From positions 256,001 through 320,000 of the forward strand of contig CAWJMB010000002.1 in NCBI GenBank assembly GCA_963843845.1: a stretch of 64,000 bases of DNA. The letters are read 5' to 3'. The notes beneath the pieces were generated by a model. It made no database searches. It was given only the letters and a program-made list of their open reading frames with translations, and was not told the origin of the DNA. This document shows positions 1-9,668 of the stretch, piece after piece (the stretch's first letter is position 1; the number at the start of each line of letters is the position of its first letter). A program made the position numbers and the translations under genes. This DNA comes from an uncultured Gemmatimonadaceae bacterium. Lineage in GTDB: Bacteria > Gemmatimonadota > Gemmatimonadetes > Gemmatimonadales > Gemmatimonadaceae.

Positions 1-6
1 CCGCAG

Positions 7-615
7 GTGACGACCGTCGCGCTACTCTCCGAGGCGAACGCCGTCACCCCACACACGATGCTCGCGCTCGGCGGCAGCGGGGTGCGGGTACTGGTCGATA
101 CACGCGGGCCGGACGGATGGCGTGCGCTTCGCCGGGCACTCGCCACTGACAGCGCACTGACCTTACGTCAGCACGTCGCCTCGGCGCTCGCGGGCGATCT
201 GGAGGGGGCGCCGGAAGGGTGTCTGCGCTTCTTCGCGACACTGTTCACCGCCTCGGGCGACGTCACGACGGTCCGCGCGTTCGCCACGCTGCTCGGCGTC
301 CTCCCGACGACGCTCATGAGCCGCTTCTTTCGCGTGCAGCTCCCCGCCCCGAAACGCTACCTCGCGATGGCGCGACTCGTCCGCGCCGCGCGACTGCTCG
401 AGAACCCCGGGTGCACGCTCACCGCGGCGGCACACCAGCTCGACTACTCGAGCGCGCAGAGCTTCGGGCGCCACGTCCGCGGCGTGCTCGACATGTCGAC
501 GCGCGAGCTGCGGCAGACGCAGACTGGCGCGTCGCTGTTCGATCGGTTCCGCGCGGAGCTCGTCACACCGTTCCGCGACGTGTTGATCTCGTTCTGTCCC
601 TACGGGCGACAGTGA
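7..615 (+). CDS. AraC-family HTH transcriptional regulator (5' end probably upstream of the window)
   Basis: C-terminal double-HTH pattern 'PKRYLAMARLVRAARLLENPGCTLTAAAHQLDYSSAQSFGRHVR'. Confidence 0.8.
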   Translation: MTTVALLSEANAVTPHTMLALGGSGVRVLVDTRGPDGWRALRRALATDSALTLRQHVASALAGDLEGAPEGCLRFFATLFTASGDVTTVRAFATLLGVLPTTLMSRFFRVQLPAPKRYLAMARLVRAARLLENPGCTLTAAAHQLDYSSAQSFGRHVRGVLDMSTRELRQTQTGASLFDRFRAELVTPFRDVLISFCPYGRQ

Positions 616-664
616 CGACCCATAGCCGGTAGCGCCGCTGCGTGGAAGGAGCGCCGAATGGCCG

Positions 665-2170
665 CTATGCCGTCCGGGCAGATGCCAGTCGCTGCCGTTC
701 CCGCTCAATCGCCTCGGCGGCAGCGAGCGCCTCACGAACGCCATCGGTCAGCACGTCGATCGACTGTCGCGTCTGTGCTCCGGTCGCGGCCAGCTCGCGC
801 ATCGCCGCACCGTGCGTCCTCGTCGCCGCCGCCGTCGCGACAGTCACACGCCGCAGCCGGTCGACGCCCAGCAACACATTCTCGACGGAGGCAGTTGCCT
901 CGATCGCGACCGAGCCGACATCGCGCACCGCCTGCTCCCCCGCCTCGATCGACCGTGCGACCGCGTCGATGTCGTCACGAAGCTGGGTCACCGTCGCGCC
1001 AGCCGCACGGGCTGCGCCGCTGCTCTCTTCCGCGAGCTTCCGGATCTCCTCCGCGACGACCGCGAACCCGCGCCCCTCCTCCTCGGCGCGCGCGGCTTCG
1101 ATCGAAGCGTTCAGCGCGAGCCGGTTCGTCTGCCGCGCGATGCGCGACACGGTGCCGACGAGCACGCCGACTCGATCGGACGCGGCACCGAGTGCGCGCA
1201 CGGCGGTGACCGACGAGGAGACCTGATCCCCGGCAGCCGTCAGCGTCATCGCCGCGCGTGTGACTGCATCCTGACTCGTCGCTGCCGACTCACCGAGACG
1301 AGACGCTTCTGCCGCCATCGCCGCGGCACGCTCGCGAAGGCGTTCCGCCTCTGCTTCGGTCGTGGCGACCCGGCTCTCGTCGCCGGCGTGCGCGCGCCGC
1401 CGCTCGTCGAGCTGCGTGTGCAGCGTTCGCACGACGCGCAGCAGCGCCGGATCGCTCTTCTCGTCGGCCCCCGCGCTCCAGGCACCGACGCCTGACGTCC
1501 AGTCGGTGTCGCGCCGGTCGACCCGGCCCTCGGTTGACGTTGACGTCGTGCTCGACAGCACGGGCGTGGCGGGCGTGGCGGGCGTGGCGGGCGCCTCCAT
1601 CGGCGCGCCGGGATGTACCGACCCGTCCGCGACAGCCCCCCCGTCGGCCAGGGCCTGAGCGAGCGGCCGAGCCCACGTCCCGGCGCCGACCGAAGCGGCG
1701 GCCATGCGCCAGCCGACAGCGACGGCGAGCAGAACCGCTGTCGCGACGATGACGGTCGGCGAGGCCGCTGATGTCGCCGGTGTCGCCGCTGTCGCTGCTG
1801 TCGCTGCTGTCGCTGCTGTCGCTGCTGGCGGGGCGACGAGTGGGTGCGCGAGTTGAGCGGCGACATACAGTGTCACGACCGTGGCGACACGTGCCGCGAT
1901 CGGCCGCCAGGTCGTCCGCGCCCTGTAGCGTGGGCGGACGACGCGATTGCGGAGGCTCCATCGCGGAGTCACCGTCGGAGGCGCGAGATAGAGCAGCGCC
2001 AGCGACGGGAGCCCGAACGCGACGATCGCCGCGGTGGCGACGATCCAGGCGCCCGCGAGCGCCGCCGCGCCGGATCGCGCACTTCGGGCCGTCACGCGAC
2101 TCGACGCCTGCCATGGCGTCTGCCGGAGCGTGTCAGTTGGCCTATGACTGGCATTGCGTCGTGAGCTCAT
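665..2170 (-). CDS. Methyl-accepting chemotaxis-like membrane protein (MCP signalling domain)
   Basis: MCP hairpin tip '[40 protein letters not shown]'; N-terminal hydrophobic segments; start uncertain (ATG at 2170 or 2179). Confidence 0.75.
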   Translation of the reverse strand: MSSRRNASHRPTDTLRQTPWQASSRVTARSARSGAAALAGAWIVATAAIVAFGLPSLALLYLAPPTVTPRWSLRNRVVRPRYRARTTWRPIAARVATVVTLYVAAQLAHPLVAPPAATAATAATAATAATPATSAASPTVIVATAVLLAVAVGWRMAAASVGAGTWARPLAQALADGGAVADGSVHPGAPMEAPATPATPATPVLSSTTSTSTEGRVDRRDTDWTSGVGAWSAGADEKSDPALLRVVRTLHTQLDERRRAHAGDESRVATTEAEAERLRERAAAMAAEASRLGESAATSQDAVTRAAMTLTAAGDQVSSSVTAVRALGAASDRVGVLVGTVSRIARQTNRLALNASIEAARAEEEGRGFAVVAEEIRKLAEESSGAARAAGATVTQLRDDIDAVARSIEAGEQAVRDVGSVAIEATASVENVLLGVDRLRRVTVATAAATRTHGAAMRELAATGAQTRQSIDVLTDGVREALAAAEAIERERQRLASARTA

Positions 2171-2188
2171 CCTACCCATGAACCGCTC

Positions 2189-3514
2189 GTGACCACGTTC
2201 GTGATGACGTTCGCCGAGGCGACCGCTGCCCACCTGCGCTCGCGCCGTGCCGAGTTGGCGGCGCGATGGGACGCGCGCGCCGTCGCGGCAACGCCGCGCC
2301 AGTCGTGTGAGACCGGGGCGAGCGAAGCCGTCGTCGACGCGATTGTCGCCGTGCTGGAGAGAGACGCGCGGTGGCAGGGAGAGGTAATGCGGCTCGCCTG
2401 GGCCGCCGGCGCCCAGGCGTACGACGACGGTCTGTCCGTTCACCACGTCTTGAAGGACGCGGAGCTGCTGCTGGCGATCCTGCTCGCCGCGGTCGAGGAC
2501 GCGGTGCGGACCGATCAGCTTCGGCTCGCACCGGCCGGTCCGCCCGGAGTACGCCTCACGCCGTCGCCCGAGGTCCCTGAGCCCCCGTTCGGACCCGGCG
2601 GTCCGGATGGGACCGTCGATCTCGCTGCCATCGTAGCCGACGTCGTCGCCGTGACGAGACGACTGCAACGAGCGACGTCGCTCTATTCGCACGCCGCGGC
2701 GTCGCGATATCTGCACGCCGTCGTCACGACGATGCGCGATCGGTGGCGCATCATCCGGCACGACCTCCGCAACCCGCTCGGCACGATCCAGAGCGCGCTG
2801 TCGCTCATGGAAGACGAGACGCTCTCCCTCGAGATGCGGACCGGCCCGCGCATCCGCGCGATGGTGTCGCGCAACGCCGGCTCGCTCGAGACGTTGATCG
2901 CCGAACAGCTGCACGACGACGTCGCGGAGTCCATGGTTGCGGTGCCGCAGGACGTCTCGCTCCGCGACGTCGCGCTCGCGGTCCGTCGAACGCTTCGCGA
3001 GGCGACGCAGCTCGCCTCCTGCGAGATCGAGGTCGACGACCGGCTCGGCGGAGCGCGGGTCGACGAGGCGGCGGTCGAGTTGACGCTGACGACGCTGCTG
3101 CTCGCGGCGATCGCCGACGCGCAGCCTGGCGACGTGCTGCGCGTCGAAGGCGTCGAAGGCGTCGAAGGCGTCGAAGGCGTCGAAGGCGTCGAGGGCGTCG
3201 AGGGCGTCGAGGGCGTCGAGGGCGTCGAAGGCGTCGGCACCGTCGAGCGGCCAGACGGCGATCGGGGACCCGGCGGCCGGCGGTTCACGCTCCGCGTCGC
3301 GCGAGTGCGGGGTCGTTCATGGGATCGCGCGGCAGCTGAGGCGCGCGGGGGCGTTCCGCGCGCCGCGAGCGCCTCCACGTGGGACGAGAGCTGTCTCGCT
3401 CTCGCCGCCTCGCTCGCCGACGATTATGGCGGTACCGTCGTCCACGACGGCGACCTCGCACAGTTGCTGAGCCTTCCACTCATGCCGTCGGGGGCGAGCG
3501 CTTCGCTCGAGTGA
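2189..3514 (+). CDS. Histidine-kinase-like protein with intact H-box but degenerate ATPase domain
   Basis: H-box '[19 protein letters not shown]'; no recognisable N, G1 or G2 boxes; (VEG)10 insertion. Confidence 0.65.
   Translation: MTTFVMTFAEATAAHLRSRRAELAARWDARAVAATPRQSCETGASEAVVDAIVAVLERDARWQGEVMRLAWAAGAQAYDDGLSVHHVLKDAELLLAILLAAVEDAVRTDQLRLAPAGPPGVRLTPSPEVPEPPFGPGGPDGTVDLAAIVADVVAVTRRLQRATSLYSHAAASRYLHAVVTTMRDRWRIIRHDLRNPLGTIQSALSLMEDETLSLEMRTGPRIRAMVSRNAGSLETLIAEQLHDDVAESMVAVPQDVSLRDVALAVRRTLREATQLASCEIEVDDRLGGARVDEAAVELTLTTLLLAAIADAQPGDVLRVEGVEGVEGVEGVEGVEGVEGVEGVEGVEGVGTVERPDGDRGPGGRRFTLRVARVRGRSWDRAAAEARGGVPRAASASTWDESCLALAASLADDYGGTVVHDGDLAQLLSLPLMPSGASASLE
3143..3232 (+). repeat. 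In-frame 9-bp tandem repeat GTCGARGGC x10 encoding (VEG)10
   Basis: Read directly: 5x gtcgaaggc, 4x gtcgagggc, 1x gtcgaaggc. Confidence 0.95.
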
Positions 3515-3637
3515 CTGACAGGAGAGCACGGTGAGTCCGTCGAGCGCTGTCCAGTCGGTGATGGCACGGCGGCTCCGCATCACTGATGCGGAGCCGCGAC
3601 GTGGACGACCAGCGATGGCGCTCGTTCGTGGAACCGC

Positions 3638-4209
3638 TCACCCCATCCGCGCCAGGATCTCCGATCCCCGCACCAGTCCGATCACCGGCACCCCGGTCTC
3701 CTCGATCGCCTCTCGCCCCCCCTCCTCTCTGTCGACGAGCGCCAGCACGCCCACGACCTCCCCCCGCCCTGTCGTACCGCCTCGATCGCCCGCAGCGCCG
3801 AGCCGCCAGTCGTGATGACATCCTCGATCACCGCGACGCGATCTCCCGAGCGGAACGGCCCCTCGATCAGCCGCCCCGTGCCGTGCTGCTTCGGCTCCTT
3901 CCGCACCGTGAACGCGCGGATCGGCCGACCGGCGAGCGCACTCGCGTAAGCGATCGCGTACGACACCGGGTCGGCGCCGAGGGTGAGGCCGCCGATGGCG
4001 TCCGGATGCCAGGCGGTGCGGTCGAGGGCGGCGAGCGCGGCCGGACCGATCGTGGCGAGGCCGTCGGGGCTCATTGTGGTCAGTCGCGCGTCGATGTATA
4101 AGCTCGACGTGCGCCCCGAGCTGAGCGTGAACTGCCCGCGGCGCGCCGAGCGTTCGGCGAGGAGTTGAGCGAGACCGTCGGCGGGAGGGGCTGCGTGCGC
4201 GTCGGACAT
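3638..4209 (-). CDS. pyrE: Orotate phosphoribosyltransferase (one frameshift in the C-run near 3760-3770)
   Basis: 'GQFTLSSGRTSSLYIDARL', 'VRKEPKQHG', PRPP loop 'VIEDVITTGGS'; C-terminus 'VVGVLALVDREEGG' is in another frame. Confidence 0.9.
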
Positions 4210-4380
4210 ACGGGGCAGGGTGAGAGCGGCGGCGGGACGATGACCGGGCGCAGTGTATCCGGGACGTTCGGGGCGAGCAACGCTCGTCTGTCGGCCGCAC
4301 GCCGCGCGCGTGGTCTTCTGCCGGCCGAAGGCCCGTTGAGCGAGACGGCCGAGTGGCGGCGGCAGGTCCAGGAGCACCGG

Positions 4381-5509
<1,129 letters not shown>

Positions 5510-5584
5510 GATCCGTTCCAGCCGCATCTCGACCGCATTTCCAACCGCATTTCGACCGCGGTCGAATCCCGGTTGGTATGCGGC

Positions 5585-6499
5585 TCACCCCTTCTTGAAC
5601 ATCCCCCTGATCTTGCCGAACAGCCCTCCGGCCGACTCCTCGACGGCCGGCACGGCGAGCAACGCCGTCCGCAGCTCGCGCGCGAACGTGCGGACGTCGG
5701 GGTAGCGATCCTTCGGGCTCTTCGACAGCCCGCGCATGATGACCGTCTCGACACCGGAGGAGAAGAGCAGCCCCTCCTTCGCCTTGTTCAGCGGCTGCGG
5801 CGGCTGCGAGAGGAGCTGCGTGAACATCTCGCGCGGCGACTTGCCGGCGAACGGCAGGCATCCCGAAAGCAGGAAGTACGCGATCGTCGCCAGCGAGTAC
5901 TGGTCGGCGGCCGTCGACACGAGCTCGCCGGAGAGCGCCTCGGGGGCGACGTACATCAGCGTGCCGACGAAGAAGCCGGCGCGCGTCAGCCGCTCGTCCG
6001 GGTTCTGCTCGGCGTCGAGCGCGATGCCGAAGTCGAGCAGCTTCACGGTGCGCGTCGCCGGATCGTACATCACGTTCTCCGGCTTCAGATCGCGGTGCAC
6101 GATGCCGACGTCGTGCGCGGCCTGCACCGCGTCGGCGATCTGCGTGACGATCTCGGCGACTTCGGGGCCGGGGATCGGGCAGTTGCGCTTCGCGTACTTC
6201 TCGAGCAGCTCGCCGTTCGCCCATTCGGTCGCGAGGAAGTGGAGGCCGTCCTCCGCCTCGCCGATCTCGATCGTGCGGACGACGTTCGGGTGCGTGACGC
6301 GCCCCCCGAACTGTGCCTCGCGGACGAAGCGCGCGACGGCCGTGCGATCCTGGCGCAGCTTGTCGCGCAGAATCTTCACCGCCACGATGCCGTGCCGCGG
6401 ATGATCGGCGCGAAACACCGCCGAGGTGCCGCCTTCGCCGACCTGGCTCTGCAACGTGTAGCCGGCGACTGTCGTGCCGGCTAAAGTCTCTCGGGACAC
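5585..6499 (-). CDS. Hanks-type Ser/Thr protein kinase (stand-alone catalytic domain)
   Basis: GEGGTSAV, VAVKIL, HRDLKPEN, DFG and GTLMYVAPE motifs; GTG start at 6499 inferred. Confidence 0.92.
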   Translation of the reverse strand: MSRETLAGTTVAGYTLQSQVGEGGTSAVFRADHPRHGIVAVKILRDKLRQDRTAVARFVREAQFGGRVTHPNVVRTIEIGEAEDGLHFLATEWANGELLEKYAKRNCPIPGPEVAEIVTQIADAVQAAHDVGIVHRDLKPENVMYDPATRTVKLLDFGIALDAEQNPDERLTRAGFFVGTLMYVAPEALSGELVSTAADQYSLATIAYFLLSGCLPFAGKSPREMFTQLLSQPPQPLNKAKEGLLFSSGVETVIMRGLSKSPKDRYPDVRTFARELRTALLAVPAVEESAGGLFGKIRGMFKKG

Positions 6500-6619
6500 G
6501 GGGGCGAACCTAACGGGCGAGGGGGGAGACTGGCAAGCGACGCACGATCCGTGGTCGACGGCCGCGCCGACGGACTGCGCGTGGGCGCGAGGAATGAATG
6601 TCGCCATGCGAGAGCCGTC

Positions 6620-8056
6620 ATGCGCCCGTCGCTCACTGTCCGCGGAACGCGCCCGCTCGCGCTCGTCGCCTGCGCGATGACGCTCGGAGCGAGCGCCTGC
6701 GCGCGCCGCCCGCGCGTCGCCCCCCCAGCGACTCCCGTTCCCGGCGAGTCGCCGCGCGAGGCCGGCCGCCGCGCGGCCACGCTCCCCGACTTCAGCGCGC
6801 TCTACGAACGCATGGGGCTCGCCGCGGCGCGCGGCGATCTGCCGTTCGTGGCGAGCGTCGCGCAGTTCGCGACGGCGACCCCCGACTCGACGCTCGTCCT
6901 CGTCGCGCTGTCGCTCGCGAACCGCTCGCTCACCTTCGGCCGCGACGGGAACAGCTACCGAGCGGCGTACGAGGTGCGCCTCGAAGCACGGCACGGCACG
7001 GCGCGGCGCGCGGGCGACGTGCGGCGCCGCATCGCCTCCGACGAGACGGTCCGCGTCGCGACGCTCCGCGAGACGGCGCGCGGCGACGAGAGTGTGCTGT
7101 TCTATCAGCGGCTCGCGCTCGCGCCCGGCGCCTACACGCTCTCGGTCGGCGTGCGCGACGCGTCGAGCGCCCGCAGCGCGTCGGTCGAGGTGCCGCTCGT
7201 GGTCGCGCGCTTCGACCCCGGCGGGCTCTCGACGCCGCTCCCGCTCTACGGCGGGGCCGGGCGCGCGCGCCTCGACTCGGCGCCCGATGTCGCGGCGCGT
7301 CCGCGGCGCACCGCGACGTTCGGCGAGGACGCGACGGTGCCGCTCTACCTCGAATCCGTCGATCGGACAGCGGGCGTCGCCGGAGCACCGGCCGCGGCGC
7401 CCGTGCCGGTCCGACTCGTGGCGCGCGGCGACGGCGGCGTCGAGCTGTGGCGCGGCGCGGCGGAGCTCCCACCGGCGCGCGACGGACTCGCCGCGAGCAC
7501 CGTCGCCGTCCCCGTCGCGCCGCTCGGCATCGGCATCGTCTCGCTCGACGTCGTTCGCGACGCCTCGAACGGCGTGCCGAACGACTCCGTCCGCACGACG
7601 CTGCTCGTCGGGCTCGGCGACGAGCTGCCGGTCGCGACGTTCGACGACGTGCTCGGCTATCTACGCTACTACGCGGCGCCCGAGCGCCTGCGCGCGCTGC
7701 GCGACACGCCTCCCGTCCGCCGCGCCGCCGCGTGGAGCGAGTTCGCGCGCGCCCACGCCGACCTGCGCGACTACTTCGCGCGCGTCCGCACTGCGAACAC
7801 GCGCTTCGGCGAGGACGCGCGGCTCGGCTGGCTCACTGACCGGGGCACGGCCTACGTCGTGCTCGGCGAGCCGGACCAGATCGCCGAGCCCGCAGGGCAG
7901 GACCCGAACATGAAAGGACGCACCCAGCGATGGCTGTACGGCTCCGCGGGCGTCGAGCTGACGTTCACCGACCGCGGACGCTTCGGGCAGTGGGAGCTGA
8001 CGTCACAGAGCGCCGCGCAGCTGCAGGAGCTTCTGCGCCGCCGGCTCGTGCCGTGA
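6620..8056 (+). CDS. GWxTD-domain lipoprotein
   Basis: 'GWLTDRGTAYVVLGEPD' motif; lipobox-like 'LGASAC'. Confidence 0.85.
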   Translation: MRPSLTVRGTRPLALVACAMTLGASACARRPRVAPPATPVPGESPREAGRRAATLPDFSALYERMGLAAARGDLPFVASVAQFATATPDSTLVLVALSLANRSLTFGRDGNSYRAAYEVRLEARHGTARRAGDVRRRIASDETVRVATLRETARGDESVLFYQRLALAPGAYTLSVGVRDASSARSASVEVPLVVARFDPGGLSTPLPLYGGAGRARLDSAPDVAARPRRTATFGEDATVPLYLESVDRTAGVAGAPAAAPVPVRLVARGDGGVELWRGAAELPPARDGLAASTVAVPVAPLGIGIVSLDVVRDASNGVPNDSVRTTLLVGLGDELPVATFDDVLGYLRYYAAPERLRALRDTPPVRRAAAWSEFARAHADLRDYFARVRTANTRFGEDARLGWLTDRGTAYVVLGEPDQIAEPAGQDPNMKGRTQRWLYGSAGVELTFTDRGRFGQWELTSQSAAQLQELLRRRLVP

Positions 8057-8071
8057 CGCCCGCGACCGTCG

Positions 8072-8723
8072 GTGCTGCCGGTGCTGCCGGTGGCTGACAC
8101 GCTGCGCGCCGAGTTGGGGCGCAAGGCGGTCCACGTCGCGTCGACGGTGCTGCCGGCGGCGTACGCGTTCGGCACCCCGCGCCCCGCGTTGCTCGCGCTG
8201 TTCGCCGCGCTCGGCTTCGCCGCGGCGAGCCTCGAGCTCGCGCGGCTGCGGTCGGCGCGCGTGCAGGCGGCGTTCGTGCGCGCCGTCGGGCCGCTGCTGC
8301 GCGAGCGCGAGCACCGCGCGTGGTCGGGAGCGAGCTGGCTGCTCGCCGCCTACGTGCTCGCGGTCGTGCTCTTTCCGCGTCCGATCGCCGTCGCCGCGAT
8401 GCTCGCCGCGGGGCTCGGCGACGCGGCGGCGGCGATCGTCGGACGGAGTGTGGCGGCGGCGCAGCTGCGGCGCACGCGGCACCGCATCGCGCGGCAAGAC
8501 GCTCGTCGGGAGCGTGGCGTGCTTCGTCGTCACGTTCGCCGCCGCGCTGCTCGTCGCTCCGCTGTCACCCCTCGCAGCGGCGGCCGCCGCGCTCGCCGCG
8601 GCGCTCGCCGAACGGTGGGACCGCGTCCCCGTCGACGACAACGTGCGCGTCGTGCTCGCGGCCGGTGGCGCGGCGTGGTGCATCACGTGGCTCGTGACGC
8701 GGCCGACGCCCTTCGCGTCTTGA
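8072..8723 (+). CDS. Phytol/dolichol kinase-like (CTP-transferase-like) membrane protein, frameshift near 8455-8495
   Basis: 'ELGRKAVH', 'GLGDAAAAIVG', then in a second frame 'GKTLVGS' and 'VDDNV'. Confidence 0.75.
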
Positions 8724-8739
8724 GGGCACGGGACCGCCC

Positions 8740-8768
8740 TTGACAAGGTTTTAGGGCGATCCTATATA
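8740..8768 (+). promoter_or_regulatory. Sigma70-type promoter of the cold-shock gene
   Basis: TTGACA (8740-8745), 17 bp, TATATA (8763-8768); about 100-nt leader before the ATG, typical of csp genes. Confidence 0.65.
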
Positions 8769-8871
8769 GGCCCGCGCAAGCCGTTTTGGTTTGTCCCGCG
8801 CGGACGGCACCCGTCACGACCCCGCAGTCCGCGCGGCCCGCCTCAAGCATCACCCAGCAGGAGACAGTCAG

Positions 8872-9072
8872 ATGGCCAGAGGGAAAGTGAAGTGGTTCAA
8901 TGACGCCAAGGGTTACGGCTTCATCGAGCAGGACGGCGGCGAGGATGTGTTCGTGCACTTCTCCGCCATCGGGATGGAGGGCTTCAAGACCCTCACCGAA
9001 GGTCAGGTCGTGGAGTTCGAGATCAAGACCGGCGACAAGGGGCTGCACGCGGCGAACGTCGTCCGCGTCTGA
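8872..9072 (+). CDS. cspA: Cold-shock protein (CSD)
   Basis: '[15 protein letters not shown]' (RNP1) and 'DVFVHFSAI' (RNP2); RBS aggag. Confidence 0.97.
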   Translation: MARGKVKWFNDAKGYGFIEQDGGEDVFVHFSAIGMEGFKTLTEGQVVEFEIKTGDKGLHAANVVRV

Positions 9073-9103
9073 GCTCGGGCCCACTCGGCCATCCGAACTG
9101 TCT

Positions 9104-9143
9104 CCGCCCGCCCGGATCACTCCCGGCGGGCGGTGACTGTTTT
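9104..9143 (+). terminator. Probable intrinsic terminator after csp
   Basis: ccgcccgcc...ggcgggcgg stem followed by tgactgtttt. Confidence 0.5.
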
Positions 9144-9166
9144 CGGGCCAACCCCCATCGCGTGTG

Positions 9167-9540
9167 ATGCGCGTTCGCCTCGGTCACGCGCTCGACCGCC
9201 ACGTGTTCGGCGAGTTCGTCACGATCTTCGTCGTCACGGCGCTCGGGCTGCCGGTGCTCGTTTTCATCAGCACCGCGGTGCAGGAGCTGAAGAGGGGGGG
9301 CGCGGCACGGAGTCGGACGTGAACGCGCTGCGCGGGTCGCGCATGCTGAACATCGCGGTCCCCGTCCCATGCGTCGTCATCCTGCTGTCGCTCGCCGTGA
9401 CGGTCGTCTTCCTCGTGATGGTTCAGCTCACGCGCGCGATCGGCGGGAAGGGGATCATCAGCCCCGAGCTGGCGGCGTGGCTGCCGAGCGTGCCGTTCGG
9501 CGTGGGGGGGACGGTGATGCTGCGGCGGACGCGAAGTTGA
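9167..9540 (+). pseudogene. Internally deleted LptF/LptG-family permease remnant
   Basis: N-terminal 'MRVRLGHALDRHVFGEFVTIFVVTALGLPVLVFI' and C-terminal 'LTRAIGGKGIISPELAAWLPS' resemble the two ends of LptF/G; only about 125 codons with a frame change near the G-run at 9294-9300. Confidence 0.6.
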
Positions 9541-9554
9541 GTGCGTGATTTTTT

Positions 9555-9640
9555 TGACAGAGGGAACAGCAGGGCAGAAGGAGCGAACGAAAAGCGTGTA
9601 CAGTGCTTCCGTTCCCTCTGCCCTGCTGTTCCTTCTGTCA
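9555..9640. repeat. Long palindromic element, family A (9-bp-period RACRGARGG arms), copy 1
   Basis: tgacagagggaacagcagggcagaagg ... ccctctgccctgctgttccttctgtca inverted arms, preceded by a T-run. Confidence 0.85.
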
Positions 9641-9668
9641 GAACACCCAGCCATAGAGCGCCATAGCA

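Noticed and set aside
3143..3232. Tandem arrays as a possible CRISPR
   Set aside because: Contiguous 9-12-bp units with no spacers and no cas genes
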